Positions 56,864 to 64,000 of a stretch of DNA of 64,000 bases are shown here, piece by piece. Within the stretch, counting starts at the first letter, position 1; every line of letters starts with the position of its first letter. This stretch comes from a virus, in IMG/VR virus record IMGVR_UViG_3300026534_000102, positions 1-64,000 of that record. One strand, given 5' to 3'. A program made the position numbers and the translations under genes. The notes under the pieces are model-generated. The model saw only the letters and a program-made list of their open reading frames with translations, did no database searches and had not been told where the DNA came from.

Positions 56864-56874
56864 TATTTTTTCTC

Positions 56875-57636
56875 CTAATACGGTAATGTTCTTAAAAAGT
56901 CTTTTTGCTTCTCAGACATTATATTAACATCCGGGAAAAGCATAAAAATTTTAATAATTAACGTTCCTTTCGGCCCGCCAAAAACACCTGTAGCACCCTC
57001 TTGTGCAAAAGTTATAACCTGCCCATCATGAATCCCAGCCGGTAGGGTGAACTCAAAATGCTTGTGGGCTTTAATTGTACCACCTCCACTACACTCTGAA
57101 CAAGGTTTTACCGTTATCACTCCATTACCTTTACACTCGGGGCAGGGACGTGCAGATGAAATATTAAACCCTGGCGCTCTTGATACATGCTGAATAATTC
57201 CCAAACCCTGACAATTTGAACACGTTTTGGTTTCAGAAGCACCTAGCCCATCACATGTTGCACAAACATCAGTGTAATCAAAATCAATAGAATGCTGCTC
57301 ACCAAATAAAACTTTGTAGAAAGGCACTCTCACTATAAATCTAAGATCAGCTCCTGCTTTTGGTGCTCGCGGATTATGTCTACGTAAATTCGAGAAAGGA
57401 GAAGCGCCATCGAAAAAACTAAAGGGACTAGAAGAAAAAAGGTCATACTCTTTTCGCTTGTTCGCATCTGATAAAACCGAATAAGCTTCACTTATCTTTT
57501 TAAATTTTTCTTCAGCCTCAGAATTATTTGGATTACGGTCTGGGTGGTATTTCATAGATAACTTTCTGTACACCTTCTTTAAATCCGCTTGAGTAATATT
57601 TCTACTTACACCTAAAACATCATAATAATTACTCAC
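56875..57636 (-). CDS. dnaJ: DnaJ chaperone
   Basis: YY.VLGV, HPD, four CxxCxGxG repeats. Confidence 0.93.
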   Translation of the reverse strand: MSNYYDVLGVSRNITQADLKKVYRKLSMKYHPDRNPNNSEAEEKFKKISEAYSVLSDANKRKEYDLFSSSPFSFFDGASPFSNLRRHNPRAPKAGADLRFIVRVPFYKVLFGEQHSIDFDYTDVCATCDGLGASETKTCSNCQGLGIIQHVSRAPGFNISSARPCPECKGNGVITVKPCSECSGGGTIKAHKHFEFTLPAGIHDGQVITFAQEGATGVFGGPKGTLIIKIFMLFPDVNIMSEKQKDFLRTLPY

Positions 57637-57961
57637 TTTTATAAACCTCCCAACTAAACCCACACTTCATACATTTAAAACTATTTTCTTTTACTTCAAA
57701 TGCATATTGATTACATCGCAAACACTTATGTAAATAATCCGACATACATTCCGATGTAGCAGAAGTAACCTCGACTATATCTATGTCATCATGATACAAA
57801 AGAAACGTATCTAGCTCTTCCATATCTTGAAACTCTACAAGTTGATATACAGAGTCATCTAAAGAAGTCATAAAACCACAAATTTTACATTCTAAATACA
57901 ACTCATCTTCATCCTTATCAATATGTTCGGTAAGAACTCTTCCACAATCTGGGCATATCAT
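57629..57961 (-). CDS. double zinc-ribbon protein
   Basis: four CxxC pairs. Confidence 0.65.
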   Translation of the reverse strand: MICPDCGRVLTEHIDKDEDELYLECKICGFMTSLDDSVYQLVEFQDMEELDTFLLYHDDIDIVEVTSATSECMSDYLHKCLRCNQYAFEVKENSFKCMKCGFSWEVYKSE

Positions 57962-58701
57962 ATAACAATCTCCTTATGTTTAATAGCTTCATATATAACC
58001 AAATCAATTATATAGGAATCTTCAAAAATTGAATCGCCAAACTCCAATGACATTTCCAACATAAATTTACTTAAATTAGTTTTATCCGGGTTAGTAAAAG
58101 TAATGTAAAAATTAACATCTGCCACTATTAATTTAGCTAAGTTGTTTTTCAATAGATTCCAATTTAATCTTCTTTGCGTATTCTTATAAAAATCTTCTGA
58201 TGTAACTCCTTTTATATTTACTGCTAATAATACATTATCCCTTCTTAATCTTAATAACCAATTAATATCATACTCTTTTTCTATTAACATTAAATCACTA
58301 TGAAAAATTGTATTTGTTGGCAACCTGTCCACAATGTCAGACCAATGCTCCAAATAAAGAGCAGGGGCGCCGCCCATCAGATGAAAGACATTAGTTCCAG
58401 AAGCCTCAAAAGCTTTTATAAGACTTTCTGTTGAATGGTGTTTTACTTTTCCAAATACTCCCGAATGTGTAACATAACAATAATGGCAATCAAGTGGACA
58501 TCCATATAACTGCACCACAAATTGCTTACTTAATTCAGACTCATCTAAATTAGGAAGTAAATTTCTTTTTTTACAGATTTTAGGAAACATATCATAACCA
58601 CCGCCACCACGGTATGTCTCACATAACCTAAAATCTCCAAATAAATCCTCTTGTCTAACATCTAATAACTGTCTTCCTTGTATCGGAACTACTTTCCACA
58701 T
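57958..58701 (-). CDS. radical SAM protein of unknown function
   Basis: GCPLDCHYC (CX3CX2C), HLMGGAP. Confidence 0.8.
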   Translation of the reverse strand: MWKVVPIQGRQLLDVRQEDLFGDFRLCETYRGGGGYDMFPKICKKRNLLPNLDESELSKQFVVQLYGCPLDCHYCYVTHSGVFGKVKHHSTESLIKAFEASGTNVFHLMGGAPALYLEHWSDIVDRLPTNTIFHSDLMLIEKEYDINWLLRLRRDNVLLAVNIKGVTSEDFYKNTQRRLNWNLLKNNLAKLIVADVNFYITFTNPDKTNLSKFMLEMSLEFGDSIFEDSYIIDLVIYEAIKHKEIVI

Positions 58702-58705
58702 AAAA

Positions 58706-59032
58706 TCACTCCTCTAGCACGATGAAGTTATCAACAACCACTTCAGTCCAATACTTCTTTTCATAGCCCCCACAATATCTGCATTTACCTGAATAAAAAC
58801 GCTCTTCAATATGTCCCTCAATTTGAACAAAAGTCCCATTTTCAAGTGGCTCCAAAGCATCAGCGCAAGAAAAAGATGAAATTTTAATATACTGAGCACC
58901 TTTTGCAGGAGCAGGTGCTGGTATAGCTAGTAAAGCGTTGAAAACCAATGAATTGTATTGGCCTACGCGCCTAACTTTAGCTTTCGTTATCTTACCCCTC
59001 AACCTTACATAATTTAATCCTGTTAACTCCAT
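58706..59032 (-). CDS. SSB-like OB-fold protein
   Basis: N.V.L.G, G..V.IEG.I..R.Y, TEVV.D. Confidence 0.75.
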   Translation of the reverse strand: MELTGLNYVRLRGKITKAKVRRVGQYNSLVFNALLAIPAPAPAKGAQYIKISSFSCADALEPLENGTFVQIEGHIEERFYSGKCRYCGGYEKKYWTEVVVDNFIVLEE

Positions 59033-59039
59033 TTCACAC

Positions 59040-60083
59040 CTATATATTCTTCAAAATTTTAAGTAGTTCATTCTCTTTTAAATCAGCTGGGTCTGTCCCC
59101 TCAGGCCCATACATGATTAAAGGAGTAATTTTAATTTTTTTACCCATCTCCACAAAAGCTTTGTTGGCACCAACAATACCTGGAACATCATTATCAAACA
59201 AAATCGCTATTCCCTTGTTAGCATATTTATAAATTAAACTTTGTTGACCCGGAGTAATTACAGAACCCATTACTGCGACCACGTTATACATCCCTATTTC
59301 ATATAACTTCCAAACACTTTTAAATCCTTCAACTACAATCAGCTTCTGAGTAGTTAAAAAATCTTTGGCGTTGTTTAAGTTGTACAAAACCCGATCTTTA
59401 AGTAAACCTGGAGTAATGATATATTTTTCTGAATCATCGATGTCCTTTATTCTACGAACATCACGTAAACTATACGCTAATAATGTGCCATCCACATCTC
59501 TTATAGGAATAATATCTCTAATATTCCCTTCTCCATCAACATAGCCGCCGCCTATTTCAAAATGGTCTAAGGTTTTTGGACTAAAACCATCCTTTAAAAA
59601 CCCATTAGATCTAAAGCTTAAATGTGCATGTAAATGTTCTTCTGATACATATGAGGGTTTATGATGCGTAGTACAATGCTCTCTTATAAAAGCTTTTTTC
59701 TCTTGTTCTATCTTCAATTTATTAAATACATCATCATTCAAGTCAACCGAACCTACTAACGTTTTTAAATAATTTACGGCGCCAAAAAAATCTAAATCTT
59801 TACTAACTCTTATTAAAGAAATTATATCTCTACCTAATATATCATGGCATTTATGAGTAAAACAAACCCAGGTGCGGCTTTCTCTGTTGAACCTAAAAGC
59901 AGAAGAATTATCCCCACCATGTATATGACAAGATGCCCTAAACTCTTTTGCTGTCTCCCGAACGATAGTAAAACCTAAAGACTCTAAAAGAACTCTACAA
60001 TCAACAGAATTCTTCAAGACCATCAATTCTTTCTTAAACGCTTCCCAATCTTCAAAAGTATTATTCTTAGATAAGTTCTTCAT
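59040..60083 (-). CDS. dnaG: DNA primase (CHC2 zinc finger + TOPRIM)
   Basis: CHIH...CFTHKC; IIPIRD; KY; VVEGF; FDND.PG; DPAD. Confidence 0.9.
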   Translation of the reverse strand: MKNLSKNNTFEDWEAFKKELMVLKNSVDCRVLLESLGFTIVRETAKEFRASCHIHGGDNSSAFRFNRESRTWVCFTHKCHDILGRDIISLIRVSKDLDFFGAVNYLKTLVGSVDLNDDVFNKLKIEQEKKAFIREHCTTHHKPSYVSEEHLHAHLSFRSNGFLKDGFSPKTLDHFEIGGGYVDGEGNIRDIIPIRDVDGTLLAYSLRDVRRIKDIDDSEKYIITPGLLKDRVLYNLNNAKDFLTTQKLIVVEGFKSVWKLYEIGMYNVVAVMGSVITPGQQSLIYKYANKGIAILFDNDVPGIVGANKAFVEMGKKIKITPLIMYGPEGTDPADLKENELLKILKNI

Positions 60084-61473
60084 CTGAATATGTTGCATCC
60101 GCACTATCCTCATTGAGTACATCGTCGTCTTTCATATAATTAATAAGCTGGTTTTCAGCGTCCACCTCTTTAATTCTTAGGTATTCTTTGAAAAAATAAT
60201 AACCTATACCAGCTTCCCCAGTACTGCCGCCTCTACGAGTATCTCTAATAAGAAGTTTATGAGTTCCACCTTTATAACCACCGGCCTCAATTTCTTCTTT
60301 TTCCTTTTTAAACCAATGAGCAATAATGTCAGCATATCGTGCTATTTTATCACTGTCCGCAACATCGTTGGCTCTATTTAATTGAACGGCACTTAGAATA
60401 GGGACATCTAACTCCCCCGACAAATCTTTCAGTTTAGTTGCCACGTCTCCTAAAATTTGGTATTCTTTTCTCTGTTTGTCAGAATTACCATAAATAGCAG
60501 GTTCTTTCAAATAATCAAACACTATCAAACCTATATTATGTTTTAGTTTAAACTTTTTACAAAGCGCTACTAATTTGTCAATACTATACCCAGGCATATA
60601 CTCATGAAATAAAAGACCATTCGCAATTAAATTTAAACATCGTTTGATAATATTATTATACTCGTCTTCACTGTAGCCACCATGTATAATAGTTCGTTCT
60701 TTTACACCAGACATTCCTGCTACCAATCTTGACCTAAATTGATGGAATGGAAGTTCAGTGTCAATATAAAGGGTGGGAACTCTCAACTTGTAAGCATCAT
60801 ATGTAGCTATATTGGTAAGTAAAGCACTTTTTCCCATTTTCTTACGAGCAGCTATAAACATTAAAGTGCCTGGGATTAAACCATCTATTTGTTTGTCTAA
60901 TATAGGATATCCAGTTGACAACCCAGACATCTCTATTTTATGTTCTTTTCGATCTTCAATCCATTCTTTAAGACCATCAGCAACATCCAAAGGTTCCTGA
61001 ATAGACCTGCTTTGCGTAGAAAGGTCTAAAATATAATTTTCAAGGCTTCCTATTAGTTCTTCGCTCGTTTTTTCATCATTTACGCTGTTTTTAATAGCTT
61101 TTTCATGCTCTAAAACAGCCTCATAGAGTTTACATTTTGTGCTAGACTCTAATACATTAAACAGAACCTTATCAAAATTTTCACCTTTAGTGCTTGTACC
61201 GACTACCCCATTAACATATTCATAGCCACCTAAATTGTCTATAATTCCTTGTTTACGGGCCTCATTTAATATGATAACTCCATCTAACTTTTTATAACCC
61301 GACAAGTATAAATCACTGATAAGTATAAAAAACAATCGATGTTCAGCATCCAAAAAATCCTCTGGCACAAGCTTAGATGCTACAGTATAATATAAATCTT
61401 GATCGGACAAACAAAAATTTAATAACAACCGCTCATCACCAGCAGAACAAAAAAGAGCCTTACCTTTGCCCAT
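60067..61473 (-). CDS. dnaB: replicative DNA helicase
   Basis: STGY..LD..IDG, AARKKMGKS, IVFDYL, QLNR. Confidence 0.92.
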   Translation of the reverse strand: MGKGKALFCSAGDERLLLNFCLSDQDLYYTVASKLVPEDFLDAEHRLFFILISDLYLSGYKKLDGVIILNEARKQGIIDNLGGYEYVNGVVGTSTKGENFDKVLFNVLESSTKCKLYEAVLEHEKAIKNSVNDEKTSEELIGSLENYILDLSTQSRSIQEPLDVADGLKEWIEDRKEHKIEMSGLSTGYPILDKQIDGLIPGTLMFIAARKKMGKSALLTNIATYDAYKLRVPTLYIDTELPFHQFRSRLVAGMSGVKERTIIHGGYSEDEYNNIIKRCLNLIANGLLFHEYMPGYSIDKLVALCKKFKLKHNIGLIVFDYLKEPAIYGNSDKQRKEYQILGDVATKLKDLSGELDVPILSAVQLNRANDVADSDKIARYADIIAHWFKKEKEEIEAGGYKGGTHKLLIRDTRRGGSTGEAGIGYYFFKEYLRIKEVDAENQLINYMKDDDVLNEDSADATYSDEELI

Positions 61474-61477
61474 CCAC

Positions 61478-61936
61478 TTACCTCCTATTCATTTTAGAAA
61501 ATGACAGTTCTTCGCCTCGCCGTGTCAATTCTCGTTTCAATGCGTTTATTAGTTCTAAAATAGTTTTATCCATTCCTTCAGTCATTATAAGCTCATAATT
61601 CAGTTTGTCAAGCGCTTTTCTCATGGAAGACAAGGACGCATTGTTACTAATTAAATATTCCCTAGCATCTGCCTTTGTTTTAAATTTTTTTAATATCTCT
61701 TGGCCTAACAAATGAAATACAATCCTTTCTATTTCTTGTTTAATCTTTAAAATTTTCATTTTTAATTTATTACGTTGATATCGCATATAAACTAAATACT
61801 GTGCCAGAGCAGCACAAAACTTACTTAGCTCGACACTTTCTAAACTATCTAATTTATTAAAATTGTAAGAAAAAGCCCGTTCCACCAAATCAAGTGTGGG
61901 CGCTATTTTTTTATACATAAAAATGGTTTGATCCAT
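61478..61936 (-). CDS. helical hypothetical protein (possible recombination mediator)
   Basis: coiled-coil pattern; lies between recA and dnaB. Confidence 0.55.
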   Translation of the reverse strand: MDQTIFMYKKIAPTLDLVERAFSYNFNKLDSLESVELSKFCAALAQYLVYMRYQRNKLKMKILKIKQEIERIVFHLLGQEILKKFKTKADAREYLISNNASLSSMRKALDKLNYELIMTEGMDKTILELINALKRELTRRGEELSFSKMNRR

Positions 61937-62184
61937 TAGGAAATTTCCTCATCTACTCCTTTAGTTTCCTCGGTAACATTCATTCCCGTACAAAAATAAT
62001 CAAACTCTAATTTTCCAGTTTCTTTATTAATGAACGATAACCAATCACTTTTCATATTAATTTGTCTACACAAAAGACTAAGAGAACAGTATTTAGTGTC
62101 TCCTACTTTGGTACCATCTTCCATTGGGCACCAATCCATACAATCCTTATTGTGTTTTTTATTTATGTTTATAATTTTACTCAT
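61936..62184 (-). CDS. small Cys-containing hypothetical protein
   Basis: operonic ORF. Confidence 0.55.
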   Translation of the reverse strand: MSKIININKKHNKDCMDWCPMEDGTKVGDTKYCSLSLLCRQINMKSDWLSFINKETGKLEFDYFCTGMNVTEETKGVDEEIS

Positions 62185-62533
62185 AAAAACCCCTATCTAA
62201 GGCTTTGTTTATTTTTTCTTTCACAAAAGCACCAGAAATTTTTTCGTTATAATAAAATCTAACCAAACTACGTGTATTGTCCTGTTGTATGTATTCTATT
62301 TTAAGATTATCTCTTTTCTTTTGGTTCAGAAAACGCTCTTTTGTACCATGGAAATGAAGATTAAATTTAACATGTTGCTGCCCCTGAACCTCTACATACA
62401 AATTAAATTCTTTTATATAAAAATCAAAAAACAACTTAGTATTTCGATAGTTCACATAAAGTTCAGGTATAATGGTATACCTGGGAAATAGAGCTTTCAA
62501 AATTTCATGAACACTATTTGCTATTTCGCTCAT
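62177..62533 (-). CDS. Vsr/DUF559-like endonuclease
   Basis: LFFDFYI.....VEVQG.QH, QKKRD..K. Confidence 0.75.
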   Translation of the reverse strand: MSEIANSVHEILKALFPRYTIIPELYVNYRNTKLFFDFYIKEFNLYVEVQGQQHVKFNLHFHGTKERFLNQKKRDNLKIEYIQQDNTRSLVRFYYNEKISGAFVKEKINKALDRGFYE

Positions 62534-63554
62534 ATTGTTCCTTTAGTCCAGTAAGCTCTACTATTTGAGTTCTAAGGGTTGAATAAAAGTCATCATGCTC
62601 TTTAAGATAAGCTACAGCATTTTCTTCTCCCTGCGCAAATTTTTCATCTGAATGATAATAATAAGCCCCCCTTTTTTCTATCAAACCTAACCCTTCGGAT
62701 AATACCAACACTTCCCTATAAACATCATATCCAACACCATAAATTAAAGGCACCTCCGCCGTACGATAAGGTGGCGCCAACTTATTTTTTCTAACCGTAA
62801 AAGTAGTCTTATGACCCAAAACTTCTCCTGTAATAGGATCAACAATTCTTTGATTTTTAAATGCGCCACCAGATACTTGAATACGGCCAGTTGCATAAAA
62901 ATCCAATGCGGCGCCGCCAGTAGTTGTAGTAGGATCGCCCCAACTCCCAATTTTAGTTCTTATCTGATTAATAAAAATAACCAATGTATTAGTTTCACTA
63001 GCAAGAGGACTAAAACGGCGCATTGCCTTACTCATAAGACGTGCTAACAACCCAATATGATCATCTCCTATGACTGAGTCTGCTTCCGCAGACGGCATAA
63101 GAGCAGAAACACTATCAATAACGGCAACATCTATTTCTCCTGTCTTTACTAATGTTTCTACGGCATCTAGATTTTCTTCGCCATTAAAAGCCCTAATTAG
63201 TTCAACCTCATCTATATTAACGCCCATAGATTTAAATAATTTAGGATCGGCTGCATGCTCGGCATCACAAAAACAACACTTCATACCCCGTTTTTGAGCT
63301 TGTGCCATTATACTCATAGCCAATGTGGTTTTTCCACAAGACGGCTCCCCAAATAATTCATAAATCCTACCCAGAGCCACTCCTCCACGGCCTAACGCAA
63401 TATCCAAACCTAAACATCCGGTTGAAACCGTGTTGATGTCTAAGTCGCCTTGTTCACCTAAAGTACTTATAATGCTACCATACTTTTTTATTATAGCCTT
63501 CTTGGCCAACTCTAAACTATTAATCTCTTTCTTAATACTTTTCTTTTTTGCCAT
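62514..63554 (-). CDS. recA: recombinase A
   Basis: STG.LGLDIALG.GG..GRI.E.FG...GKTT, DAEH, IDSV.AL, FINQIR, KNKLAPPYR. Confidence 0.97.
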   Translation of the reverse strand: MAKKKSIKKEINSLELAKKAIIKKYGSIISTLGEQGDLDINTVSTGCLGLDIALGRGGVALGRIYELFGEPSCGKTTLAMSIMAQAQKRGMKCCFCDAEHAADPKLFKSMGVNIDEVELIRAFNGEENLDAVETLVKTGEIDVAVIDSVSALMPSAEADSVIGDDHIGLLARLMSKAMRRFSPLASETNTLVIFINQIRTKIGSWGDPTTTTGGAALDFYATGRIQVSGGAFKNQRIVDPITGEVLGHKTTFTVRKNKLAPPYRTAEVPLIYGVGYDVYREVLVLSEGLGLIEKRGAYYYHSDEKFAQGEENAVAYLKEHDDFYSTLRTQIVELTGLKEQYERNSK

Positions 63555-63555
63555 A

Positions 63556-63969
63556 CTAAATCCCTTCCAACCTTAAGAATTCAACACCTTTTTCCTTTAA
63601 AATTTTGTCTAATATTTCTTTTTCAATACGTTCATCCAAACAACGTTGTTGTTCTTTATTTTTATCATGAATAATTCTAATTATTTTCTCAGTAACCCAT
63701 CCCATTTTTTGCTGACCAAAAATCCCAAAATTGCTAACAGGCCCATCAAAATTAAATTCAGAACTGTTTTTAAATAATGTCTCTATAATAAGGGAACATT
63801 CTTGAAGTGCTTCTTTCTTGGTTATAGAAGATGCATCCATTCTACTTTGTACAAAATCTTTGGCAATCTTCATATCTTTTTTAATGTTCCTATAGTAACC
63901 CACGGCTTGAGGATAGTGATAATCAACCAATGCATAAAACAACTGAACTAAATCTTTGGTATTTTTCAC
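63556..63969 (-). CDS. hypothetical protein (may start upstream of the window end)
   Basis: 137-aa ORF at the window edge. Confidence 0.55.
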   Translation of the reverse strand: MKNTKDLVQLFYALVDYHYPQAVGYYRNIKKDMKIAKDFVQSRMDASSITKKEALQECSLIIETLFKNSSEFNFDGPVSNFGIFGQQKMGWVTEKIIRIIHDKNKEQQRCLDERIEKEILDKILKEKGVEFLRLEGI

Positions 63970-64000
63970 ATTTGTATATTTCGGTTCAATTGGTTCAATG

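Noticed and set aside
3406-63297. All plus-strand ORFs in the track (for example 4221-4499, 12658-13164, 30877-31371)
   Set aside because: They are antisense shadows of well-supported minus-strand genes or tRNAs and show no recognisable motifs.
1-64000. Stop-codon reassignment or a suppressor tRNA
   Set aside because: Genes are full length in the standard code, TAA, TAG and TGA all end genes, and no CTA, TTA or TCA anticodon was seen.

Overview
This AT-rich window uses the standard genetic code, and essentially all real genes lie on the minus strand. It reads as part of a large tailed-phage genome. The likely host is an anaerobic Gram-negative bacterium, possibly Desulfobacterota; this is inferred from a vWA-OmpA lipoprotein, a B12-dependent RNR and a type I-C-like CRISPR repeat. 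In transcription order (right to left) the window contains: (i) a replication/recombination block (RecA, DnaB, DnaG, SSB-like, DnaJ, resolvase, RecB/Cas4-like nuclease); (ii) a 12.5-kb sugar-modification cluster with 5 glycosyltransferases (one with an intein), sulfo-, methyl- and 3 acyltransferases, a Gfo/Idh/MocA + DegT pair, a KdsC-like protein and an embedded thymidylate synthase; (iii) DnaX, a family A DNA polymerase with two inteins, dUTPase, NrdJ, RNase HII, dCMP deaminase, Hsp20 and UDG; (iv) a 12.5-kb RNA-rich region with 19 tRNAs and a tmRNA; (v) two putative R-M cassettes, a Rad52-like protein, a Clp ATPase and a PgpH-like HD protein. The most unusual signals are non-coding. They are a solitary type I-C CRISPR repeat 15 nt downstream of tRNA-Thr and just upstream of a gene's ribosome-binding site, a tmRNA interrupted by an ORF-less group I intron and encoding a 27-aa tag, a two-hairpin kissing-loop RNA, a permuted tRNA-like (YrlA-like) RNA, and complementary 5'/3' ends around the hsp20 mRNA. 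All calls come from manual reading and motif recognition; no database searches were run.
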